DNA of 64,000 nt. Source: an uncultured delta proteobacterium (GTDB taxonomy: Bacteria > Desulfobacterota > Binatia > UBA9968). This document shows positions 39,019 to 49,281 of this stretch, piece after piece; position 1 is the stretch's first letter, and the number at the start of each line of letters is the position of its first letter. The stretch lies in the NCBI GenBank assembly GCA_963771465.1, contig CAVYTU010000001.1, forward strand, positions 32,001 through 96,000. The letters run 5' to 3'. The notes beneath the pieces were generated by a model. The model had not been told where the DNA came from, made no database searches, and worked only from the letters and a program-made list of their open reading frames with translations. A program made the translations under genes and the position numbers.

Positions 39019-41016
39019 TCAATTGGTTGGCGTATTGATCTCCACTACCGGTCCCTTCTGCCCCTGGAGATTTAAAACCCACCGGCTTGCCACCTGCACA
39101 CGGCCGCCGTCGCGGCTGGCATGCAGGAGTTTGCCCTCCCATCGTCCGCTTTGAACGAGTTCGGATTCGATCTCTTGCAATGGTTTCGGAAATTGCGTCT
39201 GCAGAAGATCGTGGCTAACTTTGCCTAAGGCTTCCTCTTTCCTCCAGCCATAAAGCTCCTCGGCGCGGCGGTTCCAGGAGTTAATTGTACCCTCCATGGA
39301 GCGAACCATGATGCTTTCGTTTAGGGGTTCGAAAAGATCCTCATGCTCTTTTCCGATCACTTCCGGCTGCTCAACCAATAGCTTTTCGCGAATAGTTGAG
39401 CGCGCGGATTTACCCGTGTTGCGGTTGACAATCCAATTGGGCGGTTTTAGGTAAACTGCACGTGGAGTCAGGCCTAGTTTTGCTACGATTGTATTACGCA
39501 CCGCTCGCTCAATTTCGAGGGTGGATTTCAGGCCTTCATCGGTTTCCGCCTCAGCCACAACGATGACATCCTCCGTCGCGAACTCGGCATTATGCAAGCC
39601 AAACGCTACGGATCGCCCCGCAGAAACGGCAGGATGATTGCAAACGAGCTTCTCAATATCGTGGAGATTAATGTTCTTCCCTCCGGCAGCCATACCTCCA
39701 GAGCGAACACGATCCTTCGCTTCTTCCAGTATCTCGATCAGACGGTTACGAAAATCATCCGGAGTGTAAGAAGATAATCGGCGGCAGCCCGCGTCCATCA
39801 AAGCACGTCGCAGATTCTGGTCAGTCCAGATTCGATAAATACCCTCAGCTATAGATTCCACCGATCGTGGATCCACCAACACCGCGGCGTCGCCAACCTG
39901 TTCGCGAACACCGCGAATGTCCGAGGTCAGCACCGGGCATCGAAAAGCCCAGGCTTCCAACACCGGAATGTTTGTCGGGCCAAAAAAAGTCGGCATGACC
40001 AGCGCGATCGCTTCAGAATAGAGCGCCGACATGTCTTGTTCCGGAACATACCCGAGATCGTGTATCTGATTTTCTATTCCTAGGTTGGACCGGAGCGACA
40101 TAACCGCATTGTAGGTATTCTCCCGTATGTCTCCGCTGTGAGATCCGCAAAAAACAATGGGAACATTTGTATGTTGTTCCCTTTTCAACAGGCTCAGCGC
40201 CTGCACAATACGCGCATGATTCTTGTGTGGCCAGAACTGCGCCGGATAGAACAGGTACCGCTCCGGCAAATGATAAGCTGTGCGAACTCTCTTTCGCTCG
40301 GTTTCCGATATCCCTGTGGCAAGGTACGTTGCAGACAAGTACGGTAGTATTTTAATTTTATCTTCGGTGACTCCATACGGCCCATAAAAATTGAGAATGT
40401 CTTCCTTGCCCACTTCGGATTCGGCAATAATCAACGTCGCACAACGGCAGGCGTTGCGAAACATATACTCGCGATATTCCCACTCGCCGTTTGCCGAAAC
40501 CTCGGGAAACTGCGGTTGAAGTCTATGTTGTAGGTCGTGAATCGATATCACGTAAGGCATTCCGGCCTCAAAACAGATCGGCGTCGGGTAAGTATATAAA
40601 AGCAAGTCCAGTTTTGCCCGTAGGAAACAATCCCGCAGATCGCCTCGATACTTGATGACTTCCGGATCGGGAAGCGTCCGCGGCTCGGGTTTCGGACCGT
40701 TTCGCGAGTTAACTAATTGCCTTCGTAACCATCGCAAAGCTTCACGGTGCAGGCCTTCCCCGATCAGCCACCGTATTCCATCCGCGACACGTTGGCTCCA
40801 TGGAAGTGGTGGGACTGTGATAATCGACTCCATTTCCCAACGGTCCCGCGTTAATGAGATCAAAGGCGTATCGCGCGTCGTATTATTTAAGAGCAGAACA
40901 AACTGATCGTTACAGCCGTTCTCTAACCAGGTATTTAATCCATGGACTATATTCTGGCTGTACTGGTACACACCACCGCCCTCAGGATTCCAACTCGGAA
41001 GAATTCCGATTCGCAT
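39019..41016 (-). CDS. GT4 glycosyltransferase fused to an adenylation-enzyme C-terminal subdomain and a PAS domain
   Basis: GT4 part: HDLQH, YPAQFWPHKNH and PTNIPVLEA. Then GGKNINLHDIE...VAFG...TGKSAR (FAAL-like). Then WNRRAEELYGW...WEG...SRW (PAS). Confidence 0.88.
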   Translation of the reverse strand: MRIGILPSWNPEGGGVYQYSQNIVHGLNTWLENGCNDQFVLLLNNTTRDTPLISLTRDRWEMESIITVPPLPWSQRVADGIRWLIGEGLHREALRWLRRQLVNSRNGPKPEPRTLPDPEVIKYRGDLRDCFLRAKLDLLLYTYPTPICFEAGMPYVISIHDLQHRLQPQFPEVSANGEWEYREYMFRNACRCATLIIAESEVGKEDILNFYGPYGVTEDKIKILPYLSATYLATGISETERKRVRTAYHLPERYLFYPAQFWPHKNHARIVQALSLLKREQHTNVPIVFCGSHSGDIRENTYNAVMSLRSNLGIENQIHDLGYVPEQDMSALYSEAIALVMPTFFGPTNIPVLEAWAFRCPVLTSDIRGVREQVGDAAVLVDPRSVESIAEGIYRIWTDQNLRRALMDAGCRRLSSYTPDDFRNRLIEILEEAKDRVRSGGMAAGGKNINLHDIEKLVCNHPAVSAGRSVAFGLHNAEFATEDVIVVAEAETDEGLKSTLEIERAVRNTIVAKLGLTPRAVYLKPPNWIVNRNTGKSARSTIREKLLVEQPEVIGKEHEDLFEPLNESIMVRSMEGTINSWNRRAEELYGWRKEEALGKVSHDLLQTQFPKPLQEIESELVQSGRWEGKLLHASRDGGRVQVASRWVLNLQGQKGPVVEINTPTN

Positions 41017-41893
41017 GAGTCAACCTCTTCGATAGGTGCTTTATAAAACGTCTCTTTGCCGCGGTGATCAGCCCAAGGCCGAATGGCCACCAGATCACCG
41101 CCCGGATGGAGCAGCGACTCGCGTGTTTCTCTTCTTTAGCTTTGTGATAGAAAAACGCTGCCCGTTGGTAATGATGGGCCAGAACTTTCGGCCCTAAGTG
41201 CCGAAGGATCGACCAACGATGTTTTTGGATAATTTGCTCATAGCCCATCGCTTCTTTGCGTGAGTCTTTTGAAATGGTATTTGCATGGCGACAATCGTAT
41301 AGAAACGTTGGCTCGGGCACGAACTCAAAAGTAAAATGCCGAGCAAGTTTGATCGCGGCATCCCATTCTTGATATGCAACGATGTTTTCATCGAGGTAGC
41401 CGAGACGGCCAAAAGCAGTCCGGGAAATGAAAAGTCCCTGGAACATTGGCCCAGGCCTCCGCAGGAGTTCGCGATAAACATGGCCTTCTAACGGTGGCAC
41501 ACCGAAGAGTTCCATGTTTTCTTCTTTCAAGACATAGCATTCCGAGTGCACCACCTGAGACCCGTTTTCTGTCGCCTTGAACCTAACCTCCAGACTATGT
41601 GGAAGCCATCGGTCGTCAGAGTCCAGAAACGCAATCCAATCGCCGCGGGCAACACGAAGGGCTGTGTTACGAGCTGCCTGCGCGCCTTTTCGCTCGTTGT
41701 GCTCGATCAGGCATATTCGACTGTCCTTCTTCATCCACTCTCGAACGACTGAGCTTGTAGCATCGGTAGAACCATCATTGACAATTAGAGCTTCCCAGTT
41801 CTGATACGTCTGGCTTACGAGACTTTCTAGCGCTTCGCGAATTATGAAGTCTCTATTAAAGGCGGGGACAACAACGCTAACTAACGGCGGCAT
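40982..41893 (-). CDS. GT2 glycosyltransferase
   Basis: Motifs VSVVVPAFN, NDGSTD, ARN and FLDSDD. Confidence 0.9.
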   Translation of the reverse strand: MPPLVSVVVPAFNRDFIIREALESLVSQTYQNWEALIVNDGSTDATSSVVREWMKKDSRICLIEHNERKGAQAARNTALRVARGDWIAFLDSDDRWLPHSLEVRFKATENGSQVVHSECYVLKEENMELFGVPPLEGHVYRELLRRPGPMFQGLFISRTAFGRLGYLDENIVAYQEWDAAIKLARHFTFEFVPEPTFLYDCRHANTISKDSRKEAMGYEQIIQKHRWSILRHLGPKVLAHHYQRAAFFYHKAKEEKHASRCSIRAVIWWPFGLGLITAAKRRFIKHLSKRLTHANRNSSELES

Positions 41894-42035
41894 GGCTTTA
41901 CCTGACAAGAATCCCAAATAGGATCCACTAAATTATGTTCTCCCTGCAGAGCGTCTACTAGCAGATCTCTGTTGATTAAGTGAGCTGGCCGCTCGCCGGA
42001 TATCCAACGGTACGAGATTTAGAAATCAGAAAAGC

Positions 42036-43365
42036 TCATTGTACCGCGTGCTGAGTACGATCATGTGATGCTTGAACACTTATTTCTCCGGCAACAAAAA
42101 CAACGCCTTGTGTTTGAGATTCCGGAATCCGTCCCGACCGATATACGTCGGCCGGTTCCACATTAAGCACTAGCGCTCTTTCGACACGGTCAATCCAATC
42201 CCTTTGATCTTCCACCAAGCTCAATGTAATGAAATATCTTCCCGGTAATAGAGGCACGTTCGGAATATGGAGAGACGCAATGCCGCTATCCGCGGCTCTC
42301 AAAACATTTCTGTCGTTCGCGGCGATATAGTTATCCAATGTAAGAATTCGCCGATGATATTGATCTTCGAGTGCAAAACCGAAGATGGGATTCCTGATCG
42401 CACGACTGCACTGAAACTGGTAGTATATTTTTACACTTTCTCCCATCATAATAGAGTTGTTTTTGACTCCGTTCCGGTCCAAAATCCAAGCCTTTCGCAA
42501 GGCTTTTTCCTGAGAGTGAGATCGTCTAGAGTACTGAGTTAGATCAATTTCTGGCCGCTCTCTATCCATACTATCTGTATCCAAGCCAGCTTCGAGGTAA
42601 CGTGAAGTAACCGTGCGCGTGTCGCCGTCTTGTTTAAGCCCCCCTTCTTGAATCCAGAGTATTCGCTGACAGAGTGCTTGGATTGCGGGCATACTGTGGC
42701 TAACGAACAATACGGTTCGCCCGCCTTTGGCGACATCGCCCATTTTTCCTAGGCATTTTCTTTGAAAGGCGGCATCGCCGACCGCTAGGACTTCGTCGAC
42801 AATCAAAATTTCCGGCTCCAGATGTGCGGCAACGGCAAATGCCAGGCGAACGTACATCCCGCTCGAATAGCGTTTAACCGGGGTATCAATAAACTTTTCG
42901 ATCTCGGCGAACGCGACGATGTCGTCGAATTTCTTTACAATTTCTCCCTTCCTCATGCCTAAGATCGCGCCGTTGAGATAGATGTTCTCGCGACCCGTAA
43001 GCTCGGCATGAAACCCGGTCCCCACTTCTAGAAGTGATCCAACCCGTCCGTAAATTTTCTGCTCTTCCCGTCGTGGGATCCGTGATGCGCGAGAGGATCT
43101 TGAGAAGTGTGCTCTTTCCGGCACCGTTTCGACCGATAATTCCGACGACTTCTCCCTGCCCGATTTCGAACGAAACATCTCTGAGCGCCCAGATGCTATC
43201 CGGCGACTCCGACCGCTCACCGGCCGCAAGATCGTGGCCATTGGAGCGAAAGAGGGACCGCAGGCCATCTGTAATCTGATCGCGCAGTGTATCGTGCCGC
43301 TGTTTTACGAGACCGATCTTGTATTGCTTGGACAGATGTTCAACTCGAATTGCAGTATCGCTCAT
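42036..43365 (-). CDS. wzt: Wzt polysaccharide ABC exporter ATPase with C-terminal carbohydrate-binding domain, +1 frameshift near 43057
   Basis: [10 protein letters not shown] is in one frame. [14 protein letters not shown] and DEVLAVGD are in the next frame. An extra A in GAAAATTTAC separates them. Confidence 0.9.
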
Positions 43366-43409
43366 TTTCGCCGTTAAACCTCGGCTTAATTTCAAATGTG
43401 GCGTTAAGT

Positions 43410-43644
43410 TCCGTCGGCTCGGTAATGCGGAGAGCCATTTTAAGGAGCGCGCTCTTTTTCTTAGCAGTCTCGATTGGAGTGCCAAGAACGTCTCCTCTGT
43501 TGAATTCCAGGGAGGCATCTTTAGACATCCAATATCGTAGCCTGATAAACGCGAGTCCTGCTTGCTTAGTGTGGAGGTGTTGCCCTTGGGATGAAACCAC
43601 CGACAACAGAATGTCCGGAAGTGATCGCGTAAGGCGTCGTGCAC
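43410..43644 (-). pseudogene. Decayed 5' fragment of a second wzt
   Basis: YWMSKDASLEFNRGDVLGTPIETAKKKSALLKMALRITEPT aligns with [41 protein letters not shown] of the adjacent Wzt. HDALRD in another frame matches HDTLRD. Confidence 0.7.
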
Positions 43645-43659
43645 GGGTTGCGCATTCCT

Positions 43660-44523
43660 TCACACCACATCGGCGAATGTACGCTCTGTATATTTAAAAT
43701 ATATAAACCCGGGAACCAGCAGGGCCAACACCATAAGAGCGCTTGTGAGAATCACTCCAAAATCAGGGCTCTCTCTCCCCAGCAGAGCCCACCGAAAACC
43801 TTCGATGACTCCTGCCATCGGATTCAGACTGTAGAGACCACGCCAATTTTCTGGAATCAGACTTACCGGATAGACGATCGGCGAAGCGAACATCCACAAC
43901 TGGATCACAAAGGGAACCGTGTGGCCGACATCCCGATATCTCACGTTGAGTGCTGAGAGCCAAAGCCCCACCGCCAGAGACGTGAATATGACAATTAACA
44001 AAAAGAGCGGCAGCGCAAGAATTCTCCAAGTGGGCATGGTGCCGAACCAGATCATCATAGTAACGAAAATGACAAGCGATATGGCGAAATCGACCAGCGG
44101 CGATAAGATTCCGGAAATGGGGAGAAGAAGCCGCGGGAAGTATATTTTTGAAATAAGTTGTGCATTGCCGACTATGCTGTCACTGCCGCGTGTAAGCGAG
44201 CTGACGAAAAGGCTCCATGGCAGCAGCGCTGAGTACGCAAAGATAGGGTATGGCAGTCCGTCGGATGGAATTTTAGCAACTCTGCCAAAAATAGCGGTGA
44301 AGAGAATCACAGTTAGCAGGGGCTGAAGCACGACCCAACCGATACCAATGAAGGTCTGGCGATATCGGACCTTCAAATCGCGCCACACAAGAAAATAAAG
44401 CAATTCCCTGTATTCCCATAAGGCTTTTAGGTCCAGACGTAGGATAGTCTTCCGAGGCTCAATCACGATTGTCGGTTCGCGAAAGACAGGAAACGAGGAT
44501 ACTTCTGTCATTCTGCTAGACAC
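43660..44523 (-). CDS. wzm: Wzm polysaccharide ABC exporter permease
   Basis: Motifs YRELLYFLVWRDLKVRYRQT, KIYFPR, YRDV, LNPM and ERTFADV. Confidence 0.93.
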   Translation of the reverse strand: MSSRMTEVSSFPVFREPTIVIEPRKTILRLDLKALWEYRELLYFLVWRDLKVRYRQTFIGIGWVVLQPLLTVILFTAIFGRVAKIPSDGLPYPIFAYSALLPWSLFVSSLTRGSDSIVGNAQLISKIYFPRLLLPISGILSPLVDFAISLVIFVTMMIWFGTMPTWRILALPLFLLIVIFTSLAVGLWLSALNVRYRDVGHTVPFVIQLWMFASPIVYPVSLIPENWRGLYSLNPMAGVIEGFRWALLGRESPDFGVILTSALMVLALLVPGFIYFKYTERTFADVV

Positions 44524-44761
44524 TCTATGTATTCTCCCTAAGTTTCGTTTGGTGTCGTTTCATCATGAGTGAGAATCCCAACTATCATCAATCGCTAGGT
44601 GTTTGCCCCAATTCAGGCCCGCATAACTGAATGTATTCCGAGGTGCTAGACGAATGAGTCTGCTGGCTCCGAGCACCGTTTCTCTATGCCTCCTGCGGCT
44701 CATGCGCGTCGGATGAAACGGTATCGTTTGTAGCCTTTACTCTGAGCAATAGCTGCGCAAG

Positions 44762-46324
44762 CTAGGTGCCGTTCGGATCGGTAAATGCCGATGATGAGGG
44801 TTTTTTCATAGAAACGTCGGCCGGTTTTGGCCAAATGGATGATCTTACATGGGTACCGTTCGGAGAGGCTGTGGCGCGAAGCAGCTCTTTATACCAATCG
44901 AGATAAGTCTCCACCTCCAGGTGCAAGTCAAATCGCTCCCGAGCGTCTTTTGCCGCGTTTTGGCCGAGGCGCGCGCCCAATGAAGGGTCGGCAAGCAGCC
45001 GTCTGATGCCGATGGCCATAGCTTCAGGATCTCCCGGCGCGACTAGCAGCCCCGTCGCCTGATCCATAGGATAGGTATTGAGGCGCGCGCCCTGGGAAAC
45101 GGCACCGGCCAAATCCAGCCCTTTCACCTGCTCCGGGATCCCCCCGACAGCCGACCCGATCACAGGCGTGCCACAGGCAAGCGCTTCTAGCACTGTGTTA
45201 GGAAAGGTATCGACCTTGGCGCCGTGGAGATAGAGATCCGCCGCCTGATAATAGCGCGCCACCTCGGCGGGATCATTTTGATAAGGAACAAATCGCACTT
45301 CTCCTTGGCCGATTCGTTCTGCCGGTGCGCTCTCCCCGACTGCTAGGAAAATCAGCGGCCGCTCCGTCGCCCTCGCCGTGACTCGGGCAATCGCTTCTCG
45401 CATGGTCTGATAGTCCTTGAAAATATTTCTCCGGATGCCGTTAGCCGTGAACAATACGATGTCGGCGTCCTGAGGCAGCCCTAGTGTCGCCCGTGCTTTA
45501 TCTTTGGGCGCGGCGCGAAACACGCTCAAGTTTATGCCGTAGGGGATGACCCTCGCTTGATCGATTGCTGGAGCAAGAATCGATTGCTGCACTTTTTCCA
45601 TCAACCAGCGGGACGGAGTCGCCACGTGAAACCGACTTTTTAAAAAAATTCCGCGCTTGCGGCGCCAGTTGCGAGCCGTAGCATCGCGGCTGATTGCCGG
45701 ATAAATCGTCAGATCCGGACAGTTACCACAGCCGATTTTCCAACGTTCACACGCGAACGAATGAGCGCAGTGCCCACTTAGCAGCCAGGCGTCATGCAGC
45801 GTAAAAACCAGCGGTGCGCGGCGCGAGAGCCACGCCAGTGCGCGGAGATCAAAGTACCCGCCATGGAGATTGTGACAGTGAACGATGTCCGGTTCATGGG
45901 GTGGCAATTGAAGCAGCCGATGGGTGCCGGGATAGTTGAAGTTTTCCACACCGAGCCGCGCCTGCAGCTCACGTCGCGGATCCACCAGGGTCCGCAAGAG
46001 AGCTTGAACCCGGCTAACCGCAAGCTCTTTTATTCCGTAGGACTGCAACCGCTTCTCCACACAGAGCAAGATCCGGCCGCGGGAATTTTTATCATTCGGT
46101 CGTGGTATCGGGATGATGTTTGGGTCGTTGCTGCGTTTTTTGCCGACGGCCAGCCATGAATCATGTTCAAGCACCCGATAGCTCCGGAAGAGATCCCAGG
46201 CCACTTTCTCTGCGCCGCCGCCGATATCGACGGTACTCACCTGAAGGATGCGTAACGGTGGCTCGCCTCGTATGGCGCGCGCACGACCACAGGCTAAATG
46301 TTCTTCTTCAGTGTTGGTTGGCAT
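44762..46324 (-). CDS. GT4 glycosyltransferase (WcaC-like)
   Basis: Motifs GGAE, HNLHGGY, TLHDAWLLSGHCAH and DTFPNTVLEALACGTPV. Confidence 0.9.
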   Translation of the reverse strand: MPTNTEEEHLACGRARAIRGEPPLRILQVSTVDIGGGAEKVAWDLFRSYRVLEHDSWLAVGKKRSNDPNIIPIPRPNDKNSRGRILLCVEKRLQSYGIKELAVSRVQALLRTLVDPRRELQARLGVENFNYPGTHRLLQLPPHEPDIVHCHNLHGGYFDLRALAWLSRRAPLVFTLHDAWLLSGHCAHSFACERWKIGCGNCPDLTIYPAISRDATARNWRRKRGIFLKSRFHVATPSRWLMEKVQQSILAPAIDQARVIPYGINLSVFRAAPKDKARATLGLPQDADIVLFTANGIRRNIFKDYQTMREAIARVTARATERPLIFLAVGESAPAERIGQGEVRFVPYQNDPAEVARYYQAADLYLHGAKVDTFPNTVLEALACGTPVIGSAVGGIPEQVKGLDLAGAVSQGARLNTYPMDQATGLLVAPGDPEAMAIGIRRLLADPSLGARLGQNAAKDARERFDLHLEVETYLDWYKELLRATASPNGTHVRSSIWPKPADVSMKKPSSSAFTDPNGT

Positions 46325-46368
46325 TAAGAATCTATCCCGGCTGGCGCAGTCAAATAACGTTACTACAA

Positions 46369-47403
46369 TCAGATGGGTTGAGTAGTCGCCGAATGAGATT
46401 GGCTGAATTCGGCGGATGCAAAAGGCGTGAGGCTCCCCAGGCGCTCTCGCTCGTGTACGATGATGTTACTAAGCAGTTCGCGAAGATCCATCGATGGTTC
46501 ATATCCAATGACGCTCTCAACTTTGGTTAAATCCGGCAAACGCCGCCGCATATCTTCGAAACCCTCCTCATAGGCTTGGTCGTAGGGAACAAATACGATC
46601 TCGGCGGAGCTATGGGTCATTTCCTTGACCATTTTTGCAAGCTCAAGGATCGATATTTCTTTCGTATGGCCGACGTTGAAAACTTCTCCGTAAGCTCTGG
46701 GGTGTTGAATCAGTTTGATCATGGCGCCGACAACATCGCCGACCCACGTAAAGGAGCGTTGCTGTTTTCCGTCACCATAAACGGTGAGCGCTTTGTCGGA
46801 AAGAGCCTGGCGCACGAAACGCGGCACAACCATTCCGTACTGCCCGGTTTGCCGCGGGCCGATGGTGTTGAAAATCCGCAAGACGACAGTAGGTAATCCC
46901 TTTTCCTTGTAATAGGCCTTGGCGAGAAACTCGTCGATAATTTTTGACGCGGCATAACACCACCGCGACCGCGAAGTCGCTCCCAATATCAAGTCGTCTT
47001 CCTCGTTAAACTTTACGCGCTCCGACTTTCCGTACACTTCCGAAGTCGAAACGAGCAGCGCAGGCTTACGTTTGCGGGCGCAGAGTTCAAGGATCAGCTC
47101 AGTGGCCTTGATATTCGTTTCGATCGTCCTGACCGGCTGTTCGACGATTAGCCGCACGCCCACGGCGGCTGCGAGGTGGAACACGAGATCCGCGCGGTCC
47201 ACCAATTCCATCAGCAGGGGGCGGTTCATGACGGTGTCGAGCGCGTATGAGAAATGCGGGTTTGCCTTGAGATGCGCTATATTTTCGATGCCTCCAGTCG
47301 ATAGATCGTCGATCACTTCCACGCGCCACCCCAATCGTAGAAGAGCGTCGGCGAGGTGTGATCCGATAAAACCCGCGCCTCCCGTAATAAGTGCTGTAGT
47401 CAT
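46369..47403 (-). CDS. NAD-dependent nucleotide-sugar epimerase/dehydratase
   Basis: Motifs TGGAGFIGSHL, HLAAAVGV, STSEVYG and YAASK. GGAGG RBS. Confidence 0.92.
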   Translation of the reverse strand: MTTALITGGAGFIGSHLADALLRLGWRVEVIDDLSTGGIENIAHLKANPHFSYALDTVMNRPLLMELVDRADLVFHLAAAVGVRLIVEQPVRTIETNIKATELILELCARKRKPALLVSTSEVYGKSERVKFNEEDDLILGATSRSRWCYAASKIIDEFLAKAYYKEKGLPTVVLRIFNTIGPRQTGQYGMVVPRFVRQALSDKALTVYGDGKQQRSFTWVGDVVGAMIKLIQHPRAYGEVFNVGHTKEISILELAKMVKEMTHSSAEIVFVPYDQAYEEGFEDMRRRLPDLTKVESVIGYEPSMDLRELLSNIIVHERERLGSLTPFASAEFSQSHSATTQPI

Positions 47404-47435
47404 TTGTTCCTCCTGATTGTTTGAATACTTCCTGG

Positions 47436-48479
47436 TTAGCCGCCCAGCCATGCGCCGAGGCGACGGCTAAATTCATCTCCGCCCCAATCCCGCACCAGGA
47501 AACGAGGTAGCTGAAAGCGATCGGTGGTCGGCTCGACAACTGCAGGAAAGTTCGCGCAAGCGCCGAGATAACCCGCATGCGCGACGAACCCCGCTGTCTC
47601 CTCGGTATAATCCGACTTCGCACCGAATGGGTACGCAAAACTTCGGACTGGCCGGCCGAGGATTTCCTCTAGATTGCTTTTGCTCCGCTCTATTTCCACA
47701 CGTTGAGCACGTGCTGGCAGATGGGAAAAAACCGGGTGGGTTACCGAATGCGAACCAACCTCGACCAGATCTCCTTCAGCAAGATCGATGACTTCCGCGG
47801 GCGAAAGTGCCGCGCGGTGGCTCAGCGGGACCGCTCCAGCACCTACCCATTTGGTCAACTCGTCCAATACATGACGTCGCTCAGCTTCATGTAAAGGGCG
47901 AAGCAGTCTGTGCAATTCGCGATACACTGACTGCCGCGGGCCGGGATCATGGCGCTCCGAGATATTCCAACGCCGCTCGCAAGCGCCTCGGCCACATGCG
48001 TTTGCCGATGGGCTCAAATTCCACTGATGAAGCTTTCCTGAAATATCCAAACTGAGGGTTGATGGTAAGGTGGCATATTGAAGCAATACCTTCTCCAATT
48101 CATCCCACCAAAAATCTCGTTCGCCGCCGAGATAGCCCGTCGTGACAAAGACGGTTGCCGGTACATCATAACGTTCTAGTACCGGCTTGGCACTGATCAA
48201 GTTGTCCGCATAACCATCGTCAAAAGTCACGATCACGCCACGAGGAAGAGACTTTCCGTCGCGCACTGCGGTGATCAAATCGAGAAGGCGAACGGGATAA
48301 CCTTCTCTGCGCAGCACTTCAACTTGTTCGGCGAAATGGCGCGGCGTGACCGCAAGCAACTGCGGATCGGAAGCCAGATCAGCCACGCGATGATACGCGA
48401 GAACAACCGGCCCGGGAAAAAAAAGATTGGTATACGGCTGCGCGAGCCGGCGCAATCTTCCGAGGCCCCGTATCGTCAT
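47436..48479 (-). CDS. Polysaccharide deacetylase (CE4)
   Basis: Motifs LAYHRV, TFDDGY, GSHSVTH and FAYPFG. Confidence 0.9.
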   Translation of the reverse strand: MTIRGLGRLRRLAQPYTNLFFPGPVVLAYHRVADLASDPQLLAVTPRHFAEQVEVLRREGYPVRLLDLITAVRDGKSLPRGVIVTFDDGYADNLISAKPVLERYDVPATVFVTTGYLGGERDFWWDELEKVLLQYATLPSTLSLDISGKLHQWNLSPSANACGRGACERRWNISERHDPGPRQSVYRELHRLLRPLHEAERRHVLDELTKWVGAGAVPLSHRAALSPAEVIDLAEGDLVEVGSHSVTHPVFSHLPARAQRVEIERSKSNLEEILGRPVRSFAYPFGAKSDYTEETAGFVAHAGYLGACANFPAVVEPTTDRFQLPRFLVRDWGGDEFSRRLGAWLGG

Positions 48480-49243
48480 AAACTGTCGACCTTCTTCACC
48501 GCTCTGACCGTAATCAACAACTCGTAATCAGGATCACGAAATTCAAGTTCGTCAGGGCGCAGCTCTTCCTGGGCTAATCCGTGTAGAAACGCGTTTGCAG
48601 CGAGGACATTCCCATAGCTTTCAACGCTAACGTTCTCCGGCCCGAACACTTCTTCAAAAATCCTTCGCGCGGATGCTGTAGTAAACCGCCAGTAATCGCC
48701 CCATCGATCCATATCGTAACGACTGATTTGGCTGATACCCGGAACAGTCGCCAGGAGAACGCCGCCGGGCCCGAGAATACGGTGCAGCGACAAGATCGCG
48801 GCCTGAAAGTTGTAAATAAACTGCAAGGTCTGGGTAAAGATAATGCAGTCAAAACTGTCTGATGGAATAGAGTTCTCGCCGGCCAAATCGCCGACGAGCG
48901 TTGCTTTGGGATTTCCTTCCTGAACGTAAAGCACGTCCGATTTGATTACGCGATCGCGACCGAAACGAGTCGTGTAGGCATTATCTGCGACTTCGAGAAC
49001 GCGGCCATGAATATCGCCTGCGTGCCGGCCGAGAAATTGTTCAATATAGTAGCGATCGATGCACAGGCCACGATCGAATCCGAAGACCCGACTGACCGGC
49101 GTAACGCGTCGAAGATTTCCGAAACGGACCCAACCGATCAAGGGGGACAAGCACACAGCCCGCTGTTGCAATCGCAGCCATTGACGAATGGACGACGGCA
49201 ATATTTGGCGAGCCAAATCTAGCGTTTGAGTGGTCGCGGTCAT
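48476..49243 (-). CDS. SAM-dependent methyltransferase
   Basis: Motifs FGFDRG..IDRYYIE, FDCIIFTQTL and DYWRFT. Confidence 0.85.
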   Translation of the reverse strand: MTATTQTLDLARQILPSSIRQWLRLQQRAVCLSPLIGWVRFGNLRRVTPVSRVFGFDRGLCIDRYYIEQFLGRHAGDIHGRVLEVADNAYTTRFGRDRVIKSDVLYVQEGNPKATLVGDLAGENSIPSDSFDCIIFTQTLQFIYNFQAAILSLHRILGPGGVLLATVPGISQISRYDMDRWGDYWRFTTASARRIFEEVFGPENVSVESYGNVLAANAFLHGLAQEELRPDELEFRDPDYELLITVRAVKKVDSL

Positions 49244-49281
49244 TGTGATTCAGACTGTCGCGCCGAACACGTTACAAGGAT

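Noticed and set aside
43050-43065. Programmed ribosomal frameshift in wzt (similarly CoxE and YfgM-like)
   Set aside because: There is no precedent in these families that I know of, and several similar +1 events in the window suggest sequencing error.
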